From Deltaproteobacteria bacterium (GTDB lineage Bacteria > Myxococcota_A > UBA9160 > SMWR01), in assembly GCA_032128115.1 (NCBI GenBank), contig JAQBHB010000004.1, forward strand, positions 1 to 48,581: a stretch of DNA of 48,581 nt, in the 5' to 3' direction. Of this stretch, positions 39,200 through 48,570 are shown in pieces (the first letter of the stretch is position 1; the number at the start of each line of letters is the position of its first letter). The notes below the pieces were generated by a model. It was not told the DNA's origin. It saw only the letters and a program-made list of their open reading frames with translations, and ran no database searches. Made by a program: the position numbers and the translations under genes.

Positions 39200-40990
39200 T
39201 CAGGGGAGTGCAGTGGACGATGCGACCCGGAAACGCGAGGAGGCGGCCGCTTCACACAAGCCTGACTCCGAGTCGTGGGTAACGACCAACACCCGACCGT
39301 GATGCCAGGCACCACTTTTCTTCATGCGGTGACCGCGTGATTCCAGGTCCGAGAGCACCTGGGGGTCGACCCGGCTCTCGGCCATGACCACGCCCGGATG
39401 GGCGAAGTGGGGAAAGAAGGAGTTCGGCATGTGTTCGATGTGCAGGGTCGGCGCGTCGATGGATTTCTGCAGGTCGTTCACGCCGAAGTCCACCAGGTCG
39501 AGCAGCAGCGGCACGGGCCACTGGTCCTGCTGGTCGCCGCCGGGCGTTCCGAAGGCCAGGCGGCGTCCGTCGGGCAGCCGCGCCAGGCCGGGCGACAGCG
39601 TGGTGCGCGGCCGCTTGGCCGGTGCCAGGGCGTTGGGATGCTCGGGGTCCAGGCAGAACATCTGGCCCCGGGTTCCCAGGGGAAAGCCCAGTTCCGGGAT
39701 CACCGGCGATGTGGGGATCCAGGCGCCGCTGGGAGTGGCGCTCACCAGGTTGCCGTAGCGATCGCACGCATCCAGGTGGGTGGTGTCGCTGCGCCCCCTG
39801 GCGGCCGCCAGGGCCTGGGGCTCGCTGGGATCCGGAGGGGCATCCCCATCGCCCCAGGCGCCGTCTGCCCCCATGGACTTCGCCCAGCCGTTCGGCACCC
39901 GACCCATCCCCGGGCGAAGCTCGAGCGATGCCCGGGTCGGATCCACGAGCGCGCGTCGCTTGTCGGTGTAAGCGGCAGAGAGCAGCTCGTCCATGGGAAC
40001 CACGGCGAAGCGCGGGTCGGCGTAGCAGGACTCGCGATCGGCGAACGCGAGCTTCGCCACCTCGATCCAGGTGTGCAGGGCGTCGGCGCTGCCGCGGCCC
40101 ATGGCGGCCAGGTCGAAGCCCTCGAGCAGGCGCAGTTGCTGCAACAACACGGGGCCCTGGCTCCAGGGCGGAAGCTTCCAGAAGCGCGCGCCCCGGTACG
40201 CAGCGGAGACGGGTTCCTCGATGGATCCCGTGTAGCCCGCCAGATCGTCGGCCGTGAGCCATGCCCGGTGGCTGTGGCCGCTGGCGTCGCGGATCGGGGT
40301 CGCGGCGAAGCGCTCGATCTGCTCCGCGGGTCTGCCCCGGTAGAAAAAATCCCGCGCCGCGCGGATCCCCGACTCGCGGCTGCCACCGGCGTCGCGCTCG
40401 GCGGCGGCGAGATCGGCGAAAAAGGTGGCCAGCGCGGGATTCGTCTGGGCCTCGCCAAGCATGCGCACGGGGGTGTACACGGCGGCGCTGGTGGGCCACT
40501 CGTCGCGGAAGCGCGCCGCGATCGCGTCGAGGATCACCTTCAGGAATCGATACATGGGAAAGCCGCGCTCGGCGAGGCCGCGCGCGGGAGCCGTCACGTC
40601 GCCAAGCCGCTTCGTTCCGAAGCGCTCCAGCAGCTGACACCACGCGTCGAGCGCCGCCGGAACCGTGACCGGCAGGTAGCCGTCGGCCGGAATCGCATGG
40701 ATGCCGAGCTCTCGCATGGCATCCAGGCTGGCGGCCGCGGGCGCGGTGCCCTGACCCGAAATGGCGTAGGTGCGATCCTCGCCAGCGCAGTAGTAGAGGA
40801 TGGGAGCCTCGCCGGCGGGCCCGTTCTGGGTGGGCTCGAGCACCTGCAGCGCGAATCCCATGGCGCAGGCCGCGTCGGCGGCGTTGCCGCCGTCGGCGAG
40901 CATCTGGGCGCCAATCTGGGTGGCCAGGTGGTGGCCGGCGCTCACGGCGCCGCCATAACCGGCCACCGTGGGGCGCGTGGCGCTGCTCAC
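39200..40990 (-). CDS. ggt: Gamma-glutamyltransferase family (Ntn hydrolase, YwrD-like)
   Basis: GGNAADAA, VTVPA, FYRG, PPWSQG, DTTHL nucleophile, RPRTTLSP, FGTPGGDQQ. GTG start overlaps the upstream TGA (GTGA). Confidence 0.88.
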   Translation of the reverse strand: MSSATRPTVAGYGGAVSAGHHLATQIGAQMLADGGNAADAACAMGFALQVLEPTQNGPAGEAPILYYCAGEDRTYAISGQGTAPAAASLDAMRELGIHAIPADGYLPVTVPAALDAWCQLLERFGTKRLGDVTAPARGLAERGFPMYRFLKVILDAIAARFRDEWPTSAAVYTPVRMLGEAQTNPALATFFADLAAAERDAGGSRESGIRAARDFFYRGRPAEQIERFAATPIRDASGHSHRAWLTADDLAGYTGSIEEPVSAAYRGARFWKLPPWSQGPVLLQQLRLLEGFDLAAMGRGSADALHTWIEVAKLAFADRESCYADPRFAVVPMDELLSAAYTDKRRALVDPTRASLELRPGMGRVPNGWAKSMGADGAWGDGDAPPDPSEPQALAAARGRSDTTHLDACDRYGNLVSATPSGAWIPTSPVIPELGFPLGTRGQMFCLDPEHPNALAPAKRPRTTLSPGLARLPDGRRLAFGTPGGDQQDQWPVPLLLDLVDFGVNDLQKSIDAPTLHIEHMPNSFFPHFAHPGVVMAESRVDPQVLSDLESRGHRMKKSGAWHHGRVLVVTHDSESGLCEAAASSRFRVASSTALP

Positions 40991-41751
40991 GCCGGCCGTT
41001 CCGACACGATCACCCCGCCCGGGTGGGCGACCTCGGGGGGCTCGATACGCAGCTGGCGTCGCACGTCGGCCAGCGGCTGTTCGAGCAGCGCCTCGTAGCG
41101 CACGCGCGAGAGCGGAACGGCGCGGCAACCGCGTCGCCAGGCGCGGAACAGGTAGCGCTGCCAGTGCAGGTCCACGCTCTTGGGGCCGAGCCACGCGGCG
41201 CTCAGCACGATGGCCCCGATGCCGCGGGTGCGAACCTGTCCGTAGCTGAAGGCCAGGTTCGCGGCCTCGCCGGCGATGTCGCGTCCGTAGCCCGTGAGCA
41301 CGTGCCACAGGTCGTGCATGTCGCGCAAGCGATCGAAGTACCAGCGGCGCTCCGGGTCCACGTCTTCTTCCGGGTCACGCACTTCTTCCGAGGCGTCCAC
41401 GAGCCCCTGGGCTTCGAGTCCGCCCGCGCGCATGAAGGCTGCGTAGGCCCGGCCGAAGCTCTCGTCGGGCAGCGTTTCCAGGTGATCCAGGTCGCAGAGC
41501 GCCCGGTAGAGCGAGGGCCGTTCATCCAGCAGGGCGCGGCCCTCGGGCTCCCCCAGGAATCTCTGATAATTGCGCTCGCCGCTGTCTCCGCCGAGCGCCT
41601 GGATCAGCTCGAAGACGCGATCGGTGCGTTCCGGGTCGCGGGTCAGCTCGCGCAGCGCCCGCCACGCGCGCCGCCAGTCGATCTTGCGCGGCTCGGGAGG
41701 CGGCGCGCTCGGCCTCTCGAGGTGCTTCGATTCGAGTGCTCCGCTGACCAT
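40987..41751 (-). CDS. Coq4-family protein
   Basis: LPDESFGRAY and RLRDMHDLWHVLTGYGRDIAGEA (HDxxH-x11-E). Confidence 0.82.
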   Translation of the reverse strand: MVSGALESKHLERPSAPPPEPRKIDWRRAWRALRELTRDPERTDRVFELIQALGGDSGERNYQRFLGEPEGRALLDERPSLYRALCDLDHLETLPDESFGRAYAAFMRAGGLEAQGLVDASEEVRDPEEDVDPERRWYFDRLRDMHDLWHVLTGYGRDIAGEAANLAFSYGQVRTRGIGAIVLSAAWLGPKSVDLHWQRYLFRAWRRGCRAVPLSRVRYEALLEQPLADVRRQLRIEPPEVAHPGGVIVSERPA

Positions 41752-41772
41752 GGTCTGTATATTCTATGCCCC

Positions 41773-42708
41773 ATGCCGCTCGATCCCCAGGCCAGGGCCA
41801 TGCTCGATCAGCTCGACGCCCTGGGCATGCCCGACCTCTCGACCCTCGAGCCCCAGGTGATCCGGCAGCTGACCGCCGCCGCCGTGAACCTGGCCGCTGG
41901 CGAGCCGGTGGCCAGGGTCGAGAACCGCACGATTCCCGGCCCGGCGGGCGAGATCCCCGTGCGCGTGTACACGCCCGAGACCGCAGACGGCGGTCCGTTG
42001 CCCGGGATCGTGTATTTCCACGGCGGGGGTTTCGTGTACTGCGGCCTCGACACCCACGACGGAACCTGCCGTTCGCTGGCCAACGCCTCGGGCTGCACCG
42101 TGATCTCGGTGGACTACCGCCTGGCGCCGGAACACCCCTATCCCGCCGCGCCAAGGGATTGCATGGCCGCCGTGCGCTTCGCGGCCGAGCGCGGCGCCGA
42201 GATCGGCATGGACCCGTTGCGCCTGGCAGTGGCCGGCGACAGCGCCGGGGGCAACCTGGCCACGGTGGTAGCGTTGATGGCCCGCGACAGCGGGGGGCCG
42301 GCGATCCGCTTCCAGCTCCTGGTCTATCCGGTGGCGGACTTCGCGTTCGACACGGATTCGTACCGGGAGAACGCCGAGGGCTACCTGCTCACCGAGAAGA
42401 TGATGCGATCGTTCTGGGGCCACTATCTGGCCGACGAGAGCGACGGTCGCGACGCCTACGCCTCGCCCCTGCGCGCCGAGAGCCTGGCGGGTCTTCCCCC
42501 GGCCCTGGTGATCACGGCGGGATTCGATCCGCTCCGCGACGAGGGCGCGGCCTATGCGGCGCGGCTGGTCGCCGACGGCGTGGAAACCCGACGGCTCCAC
42601 TACGACGACATGATCCACGGATTCTTCTCCATGGGCGATGTCATCGAGAAGGGCAAGCAGGCGGTGGCTGAAGCCGGGCGCGCCGTGCGCGCCGCGCTCG
42701 TCGGCTGA
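41773..42708 (+). CDS. Alpha/beta hydrolase, HSL-family esterase/lipase
   Basis: HGGG, DYRLAPEH, GDSAGG, DPLRDEG, HGF. Confidence 0.93.
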   Translation: MPLDPQARAMLDQLDALGMPDLSTLEPQVIRQLTAAAVNLAAGEPVARVENRTIPGPAGEIPVRVYTPETADGGPLPGIVYFHGGGFVYCGLDTHDGTCRSLANASGCTVISVDYRLAPEHPYPAAPRDCMAAVRFAAERGAEIGMDPLRLAVAGDSAGGNLATVVALMARDSGGPAIRFQLLVYPVADFAFDTDSYRENAEGYLLTEKMMRSFWGHYLADESDGRDAYASPLRAESLAGLPPALVITAGFDPLRDEGAAYAARLVADGVETRRLHYDDMIHGFFSMGDVIEKGKQAVAEAGRAVRAALVG

Positions 42709-42711
42709 CGA

Positions 42712-43107
42712 TCAGCGATTGCCCTGGGGCGATTCTTCGGGCTCCTCCTCCTCCTCCTCCTCGGACGCAGCCACCCAGTCTTCGGCGGGAATCGCCCGCT
42801 CCCGTGGGAAATCGCGGAACGGGAAGGGCGCCTCTTCGTCCAGGTAGGTCACGTAGCGCGCGATCACGACCCAGTAGTCGATGACGCGCTGGGAGAAGCG
42901 CCGGACCCCACGGCTGGGATCCTGGCCGGTGATCAGCGCGATGAGCAGGTCGAAGAGCACCACCACCACCAGCACGAGCTCGATCACCTGGGTGATCAGA
43001 TAGAACAGCAGGGTCTTGAGGGCCCGCACCCCCGTCTCGACGCGATCGATCGCTTCCAGATCGGCGAACTCGTGATCGGAGCCCTGCGGCGGCCTTTCGA
43101 TGGGCAT
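42712..43107 (-). CDS. DUF4389-like small membrane protein
   Basis: Two hydrophobic helices, LITG..RRFS, YVTYLDEEAPFPF, acidic tail. Confidence 0.7.
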   Translation of the reverse strand: MPIERPPQGSDHEFADLEAIDRVETGVRALKTLLFYLITQVIELVLVVVVLFDLLIALITGQDPSRGVRRFSQRVIDYWVVIARYVTYLDEEAPFPFRDFPRERAIPAEDWVAASEEEEEEEPEESPQGNR

Positions 43108-43166
43108 GGCGGATCCCTCCCTGCGGGCGTGCCGGAGACTGGAGTGATCTTATAGTATTGCTCCCC

Positions 43167-43895
43167 ATGCAGCGGAGAATCGAACTCGAGGGCTGCCACA
43201 ACTTTCGCGACCTGGGGGGATACCCGGCGGACCGGGGGCGCAGCGTGCGCTGGCGCAGGCTCTACCGCAGCGACGCGCTCCACCAACTGACCGCACCCGA
43301 CGTGAGCCGCTTCTGTGGTGATCTGGGTGTGGCCGACGTGGTGGACCTGCGCTCGACGGGCGAGCGCAGCGCCGACGGCCGCGACCCGCTGCAGGGTGCA
43401 GCCCTGAACCTGCACCACCTGCCGCTCTTCGATGGAGAAATCACCACGGCGCCGTCATCCACCGCCGGGCTCACGCTCGCGGACCGCTACTTCCTGATGG
43501 CGGAGTTCGCAAAGGAGCCCATCGCGCGCGTGATCACCGTGCTGGCGCAGTCCAGGGGAGCCGCGGTCTACCACTGCGCCGCCGGCAAGGACCGCACGGG
43601 GGTGATCTCGGCCGTGCTGCTGGGTGTATTGGGCGTGCGCGACGAGGTGATCGTGGCCGACTACGCGGCGACCCAGGAGAACCTGGACTCCATCATCGAA
43701 CGCTTGATGGAGACCCGTGGCTACCAGGAGATGTTCGAAGTGCTGCCGCCCGACACCCTGCACGCGGAGCCCGAGACCATGATCTCGCTGCTTGAAAAGG
43801 TGCGCGACCGATACGGATCCATGCGCGACTACGCACTCGCCATCGGCGTGACCGGGGAATCCCTCGCGCGCCTCGAATCCCGCCTGCTCGAATAG
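43167..43895 (+). CDS. Tyrosine-protein phosphatase (PtpB/IphP-like)
   Basis: NFRDLGGY, LYRSD, DLRS, HCAAGKDRTG, ADY. Confidence 0.92.
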   Translation: MQRRIELEGCHNFRDLGGYPADRGRSVRWRRLYRSDALHQLTAPDVSRFCGDLGVADVVDLRSTGERSADGRDPLQGAALNLHHLPLFDGEITTAPSSTAGLTLADRYFLMAEFAKEPIARVITVLAQSRGAAVYHCAAGKDRTGVISAVLLGVLGVRDEVIVADYAATQENLDSIIERLMETRGYQEMFEVLPPDTLHAEPETMISLLEKVRDRYGSMRDYALAIGVTGESLARLESRLLE

Positions 43896-43930
43896 CCGTC
43901 ATCCCGCACACCGCATCTGCTGTTCGCCGG

Positions 43931-44740
43931 TCAGGGGAGCAGCGCGATGATGCGAAGTGGTGCGCCCGAGCCGCCGCGGATCTTCATGGGCAGGGCCACC
44001 ACGTGGAAGCCCAGGGGCGGGAGCTTTTCGAGGCCGGTCAGATTCTCGAAGCCGGGGACGTTGGCGGCCGAGAAGATCCGGTGCGACTCGAAGGTCTTCG
44101 AGACGCCCGGATCCAGGCTCGGGGTGTCGAGGCCCACCGCCGAGACGCCGCGTTCATCTACCAGCCAGCGCGCCGCCGCCGGGTCGATGCCCGGAAAGTG
44201 CAGCTTGGCCACGGCGCCCTCGCCGCGTTCGTTGGTTCCCAGGTAGGCCGCGCGATCGGGCCAGTGCGCCGAGAGGCCCGTGTGGAGCAGCACGATGCTG
44301 CCGCCGGGGATCGCGCCGTGGCGCGCCTCCCAGTTCTCGAGATCACGCAGCGAGATGGCGTGGTCGCGGTCGGCCTCGCACGCTGGGGAAACGTCGATGC
44401 GAACCGCCGGGCCCACCAGACGCTCGATGGGGATCTCGTCCACGTGCCAGCCGTTGGCCCCGAAGTGGATGGGCGCGTCGAGATGGGTGCCTCCGTGCTC
44501 GGCCGAACGGAAGCGGTGCGACTCGTAGTAGTAGCCGCCCGGCGTGAGGCCGGCGTGTTCCGGGATCAACACGAAACCCTCCTCCGTGGGCCAGAAGATC
44601 GTGTCGGCGTCGAAGGCGTGGCTCAGGTCGACCACTCGCGGTGCGCTCGTCGGCGCGCCGACGCAGGCGGCGAGCCACAGCAACAACATGCAGGTGCCGA
44701 GCCTTCCGTGGGCGTGAAGCTCAGAAGAGATTCTTGACAA
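43931..44740 (-). CDS. Cyclase-family (kynurenine formamidase-like) metal hydrolase, probable lipoprotein
   Basis: VVDLSH, EHGGTHLDAPIHF, GLDTPS, ENL, LPMKI..GAPLR; lipobox LAAC. Start at TTG 44740 or ATG 44689. Confidence 0.85.
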   Translation of the reverse strand: MSRISSELHAHGRLGTCMLLLWLAACVGAPTSAPRVVDLSHAFDADTIFWPTEEGFVLIPEHAGLTPGGYYYESHRFRSAEHGGTHLDAPIHFGANGWHVDEIPIERLVGPAVRIDVSPACEADRDHAISLRDLENWEARHGAIPGGSIVLLHTGLSAHWPDRAAYLGTNERGEGAVAKLHFPGIDPAAARWLVDERGVSAVGLDTPSLDPGVSKTFESHRIFSAANVPGFENLTGLEKLPPLGFHVVALPMKIRGGSGAPLRIIALLP

Positions 44741-45914
44741 TCTCGTAGCCCCCCACGTAGGTGCCGATGATGCTGCCGATGGTGGTGAACACGAATACCA
44801 GCATGATGCGGAGCAGGCGATTACCCCACCAGCGGCCCGGTGACGACGCATCGTCGGCAACACTCTGGAACTCGCTCACGAGCGGCGGTTGCAGCCAGGT
44901 CTGCATGAATGCCAGCACGTAGCCGGCGCCGATCACCGGAATCAGGCTCGTCACCGGCGCCACGAAGAAGGCGGAAACCACGATCACCGGGTGGGCCAGG
45001 GCCAGCAATGCGCCGAGGGTGGTGGGGATGCCATTGGCCACGATCCAGAACGCCAGGTTCTCGCCGGCCACGGCCACGCCCTTGTCGATGCCGATCCAGG
45101 CGAGGGCGCAAAGGATCAGGGCGGGGATGCCCCAGCCGATGGCCTTGGTAACGGCTGAAACCGGCGGAATCGTCTCGATGCTCGTCAGGTCGACGCTGCG
45201 CTCGTCGCGCAGTGCGCACAGGATGCCCTGCACGTGGCCGGCTCCGACCACCGCCACCACGCGGCGACCCGGGGCCTGCTTCATCTTCTGGGTCAGGTAG
45301 GTATCGCGCTCGTCGATCAAAACCGTCTTCAGGGTGGGCAGGGCCTCGCCGAGCTCGCGCATGAGTTCGCTGATCACGTCCTGCTGGCGCAGCCGGCGCA
45401 GGTCTTCCTCGGAGAGATCCGGTCGTTCAAAGAGACTGGCCAGCAGGGTGGCCATCAGCTCCGACTTCTTCCAGAACGACAAGGAGGCCCAGGCCCGGCG
45501 CAGGGTGATGCGCACGTCCCGGTCGCACAGGGCCACGCCGATGCCCAGGGATTCGGCCACCCGCGTGGCTTCCAATAGCTCCGCTCCCGGCTGCACGCCC
45601 AGCGCACCGCCGAGCTTCTTCTGATAGGACGAGAGCACCAGATTCGCGAGCAGCGCCGCCAGCTGACGCTTGCGGATCACCTGCTTCAGGTCGAGGGTTT
45701 CCCAGTCGCGCTTCTGGGAGAGTGTCTCGTAGCGCTGCGAGTCGAGTTCGACGCACACCGTGTCCGGGCGCAGGCGCTCGATGGTGTCGCGCACCAGGTC
45801 CGCGGATTCGCGCGACACGTGGGCGGTGCCCACCACGGTGAACTCGCGACCGCCGACTTCTACGGTGTGGAGGTCTCCGGAAGCGTCCGGCACCACAGAC
45901 TGGTCATCGGCCAC
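44721..45914 (-). CDS. TraB/PrgY/GumN family protein with C-terminal TMs
   Basis: VGTAHVS, VCVELD..R, PGAE, DRDVRITL, LIDERD, VVGAGH. Confidence 0.88.
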   Translation of the reverse strand: MADDQSVVPDASGDLHTVEVGGREFTVVGTAHVSRESADLVRDTIERLRPDTVCVELDSQRYETLSQKRDWETLDLKQVIRKRQLAALLANLVLSSYQKKLGGALGVQPGAELLEATRVAESLGIGVALCDRDVRITLRRAWASLSFWKKSELMATLLASLFERPDLSEEDLRRLRQQDVISELMRELGEALPTLKTVLIDERDTYLTQKMKQAPGRRVVAVVGAGHVQGILCALRDERSVDLTSIETIPPVSAVTKAIGWGIPALILCALAWIGIDKGVAVAGENLAFWIVANGIPTTLGALLALAHPVIVVSAFFVAPVTSLIPVIGAGYVLAFMQTWLQPPLVSEFQSVADDASSPGRWWGNRLLRIMLVFVFTTIGSIIGTYVGGYEIVKNLF

Positions 45915-45917
45915 GCC

Positions 45918-46556
45918 TCAGCTTGCCGAACTTCTCTCGGCTTTGCCTCGCTCGAGAGCGCCGCGGTCGTGCCCGCGCAGGGCGAAGATCGCGCGGAATC
46001 CCAGCAGCAGGGCCAGGATTCCGGCGAAGATCAGCGGCTCCCGCAGGTCGGCCTTCACCTGCCACAGGAAGTGCACCACCCCGCAGATCGCGGCCACATA
46101 GGCCAGCCGGTGCAGCTGGATCCAGCGCCGACCCAGGCGCTTCATGGAGCGCCGGGTCGAGGTCGCGGCCAGGGGAATCAGGCACATCAGGCCCAGGAAG
46201 CCCGCCGTCACGTAGCGGCGTTCGATGACGTCCTCGGCGATGCTGCGCCAGTCGAAGAAGTGATCGAGCCCCACGAACGTGAGGAAATGGAGCACCAGGT
46301 ACGCGAACGCCACCAGTCCCAGCGTTCGCCGGAACGGGGCAATCTGCGACCAGCCCGTGAGGCGACGCACCGGGGTCACCGCCAGCGACGCCAGCAGCAG
46401 GCCGAGTCCCCAGGCGCCCGTCCAGTGGGTGATCTCCTCGATGGGATTCGCGCCGAGTCCGTCGCGGAAGAAGCGCGCCGCCAGCGCGCACAGGGGCGAG
46501 AATGCCGCGGCGGTGACCAAGGCCTGGAGCCATCGACGGCGGGATCGGGGCGTCAA
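45918..46556 (-). CDS. msrQ: Protein-methionine-sulfoxide reductase heme subunit
   Basis: GANPIE, LAVTP, RRTLGL..Y..LH, PLAATS, WIQLHRLAY; directly downstream of msrP. Confidence 0.92.
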   Translation of the reverse strand: MTPRSRRRWLQALVTAAAFSPLCALAARFFRDGLGANPIEEITHWTGAWGLGLLLASLAVTPVRRLTGWSQIAPFRRTLGLVAFAYLVLHFLTFVGLDHFFDWRSIAEDVIERRYVTAGFLGLMCLIPLAATSTRRSMKRLGRRWIQLHRLAYVAAICGVVHFLWQVKADLREPLIFAGILALLLGFRAIFALRGHDRGALERGKAERSSAS

Positions 46557-46591
46557 GTTCCTGGTACCCCGGGGCGTCGAGTTCCTAGTAC
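46546..46591. repeat. 24-nt period duplication at the msrP/msrQ junction
   Basis: CGGGGCGTCAAGTTCCTGGTAC vs CGGGGCGTCGAGTTCCTAGTAC (20/22 identical). Confidence 0.8.
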
Positions 46592-47529
46592 AGCTTGGCC
46601 AGATTCATTCCCGTGTACAGGCTGGCCACCTGTTCGGCGTAGCCGTTGAAGGGCAGGGTTTCCCGGCGCCGGAACTCGCCGATGCGGCGCTCGCGTTTCT
46701 GGCTCCAGCGCGGGTGGTCGACCGCCGGATTCACGTTGGCGTAGAAGCCGTACTCGCCGGGCGCCTGCAGGTTCCAGCTGGTGCGTGGCTCGCTGCGGGT
46801 GAGCGCGATCTTCACGATCGACTTGATGCTCTTGAACCCGTACTTCCACGGCACCACCAGGCGCAGGGGCGCGCCATTCTGGTTGGGTAGCACGACGCCA
46901 TACATTCCCACCGCCAGGATCGCGAGGGGACTCATGGCCTCGTCCAGGCGCAGCCCCTCCCGGTAGGGCCAGTCGAGAATGGGGCGCTTCTGTCCGGGCA
47001 TCTGCTCCGGGTCCACCAGCGTCTCGAACGCCACGTATTTCGCCTGGGAGGTCGGCTCGAAACGCGCAAGCACGTCGCCCAGTGGGATCCCCACCCAGGG
47101 GATCACCATGGACCACGCCTCCACACAGCGCAGGCGGTAGACCCGCTCCTGCAGCGGGTGGGGTTTGAGCAGATCTTCCAGCCCGATGCGGCCGGGCTTG
47201 CCCACCTCGCCCTCCACCACCACCGACCAGGGTTCGGGTCGCAGGCTGGCGGCGTAGGCCTTGGGATCGGACTTGTCGGTGCCGAACTCGTAGAAGTTGT
47301 TGTAGCTGGTGGCCTGCTCGAAGGGGGTGATCTCCTCGTCGCTGCCAAAGGGGCCCTTCGTCACCGGACCCAGGGCGCGGCCCTTCGGCTCGTCGGCCCG
47401 GGCGCAGCCGGGCACCAGCGAAATTCCGGCGGCCGCCACGGCGCCGCGCAGGAACGCGCGGCGCTTCAGGTAGAGCTCTGGGCCGGTGATGTCTCGGGTC
47501 TTGCAGTCGTCGGGTCGGCGAATCAGCAC
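46585..47529 (-). CDS. msrP: Protein-methionine-sulfoxide reductase catalytic (Mo) subunit
   Basis: Tat motif [56 protein letters not shown] before GTG 47529. Confidence 0.95.
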   Translation of the reverse strand: MLIRRPDDCKTRDITGPELYLKRRAFLRGAVAAAGISLVPGCARADEPKGRALGPVTKGPFGSDEEITPFEQATSYNNFYEFGTDKSDPKAYAASLRPEPWSVVVEGEVGKPGRIGLEDLLKPHPLQERVYRLRCVEAWSMVIPWVGIPLGDVLARFEPTSQAKYVAFETLVDPEQMPGQKRPILDWPYREGLRLDEAMSPLAILAVGMYGVVLPNQNGAPLRLVVPWKYGFKSIKSIVKIALTRSEPRTSWNLQAPGEYGFYANVNPAVDHPRWSQKRERRIGEFRRRETLPFNGYAEQVASLYTGMNLAKLY

Positions 47530-47662
47530 GCTCTGGCCTCCCGGGTCTGGGCCCCCGCAATAGGATGCCACGCGTCCCAGGTCGTTACGAAGCAGGGGTC
47601 GCTTGACGCCCGGCCGGTGCAACTTACCCTCTGCCTGTCTGTCGACATCCCAGGAGTTCCCA

Positions 47663-48544
47663 ATGAACCGAGTCTTCCTGTTCATCCTCACCAACATCGC
47701 CGTGATCGCAGTCGCGAGCGTCGTACTCAGCCTGCTGGGGGTGCAAGGGTACCTGGACGAAAGCGGCACCGGTCTGGACCTGGGCAACCTGCTGGTCTTC
47801 TGCGCGGTCTTCGGCATGGCGGGGAGTTTCATATCGCTCGCGCTCTCCAAGTGGATGGCCAAGCGGGCCACCAGAGCCCGGGTGATCGAGCAGCCCAAAG
47901 GCGAAGTCGAGTCGTGGCTGCTGCAGACCGTGTCGCTCCAGGCGCAGGCCCGGGGCATTCGCATGCCGGAGGTCGCGATCTACGATTCGCCGGCCCCGAA
48001 CGCGTTCGCAACCGGCGCCCGGCGCGATGCCTCGCTGGTGGCCGTGAGCACCGGGCTCCTGAAGAGCATGGGGCGCGACGAAGTGGAGGCGGTGCTGGCC
48101 CACGAGGTGAGCCACATCGCCAACGGCGACATGATCACCCTGGCCCTCGTGCAAGGGGTGGTGAACACCTTCGTGATGTTCCTGGCGCGGGTCGTGGGCT
48201 TCCTGGTCGATCGCTTGGTGCTCAAGAACGAGCGGGGCCTGGGGATCGGCTACTTCGTGACCATGATGGCGGCGCAGGTGGTCTTCGGAATCCTGGCCAG
48301 CACCATCGTCATGTGGTTCTCGCGCAAGCGGGAGTTCCGCGCCGACGCGGGAAGCGCGCACATGGTGGGTTCCGGCAAGATGATCGGAGCGCTCCAGTGC
48401 CTGCAGGCCGGAGTCCAGCAGCCGCTGCCGGCCCAGATCGCTGCGTTCGGGATTTCGGGCGGCACCCGCTCGAGATTCGGCAGGCTCTTCATGTCCCACC
48501 CGCCCCTGGAGGAGCGGATCGAGGCCCTGCGACAGCTGGGCTAG
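47663..48544 (+). CDS. htpX: Membrane zinc metalloprotease HtpX
   Basis: [45 protein letters not shown]. Confidence 0.95.
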   Translation: MNRVFLFILTNIAVIAVASVVLSLLGVQGYLDESGTGLDLGNLLVFCAVFGMAGSFISLALSKWMAKRATRARVIEQPKGEVESWLLQTVSLQAQARGIRMPEVAIYDSPAPNAFATGARRDASLVAVSTGLLKSMGRDEVEAVLAHEVSHIANGDMITLALVQGVVNTFVMFLARVVGFLVDRLVLKNERGLGIGYFVTMMAAQVVFGILASTIVMWFSRKREFRADAGSAHMVGSGKMIGALQCLQAGVQQPLPAQIAAFGISGGTRSRFGRLFMSHPPLEERIEALRQLG

Positions 48545-48570
48545 GCGGGGACGGGGTTGACTATTGACTT
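48545..48570. repeat. REP-like dispersed element copy 2 (inverted relative to copy 1)
   Basis: GCGGGGACGGGGTTGACTATTGACTT immediately after the htpX TAG; reverse complement is AAGTCAATAGTCAACCCCGTCCCCGC. Confidence 0.85.

Noticed and set aside
42742..42762. (CTC)n microsatellite as a phase-variation switch
   Set aside because: In-frame trinucleotide run encoding a poly-Glu tail; slippage would not shift the frame.
44721..45914. Conjugation gene (traB)
   Set aside because: It is the TraB/PrgY/GumN family, not a T4SS component; no other transfer genes are nearby.
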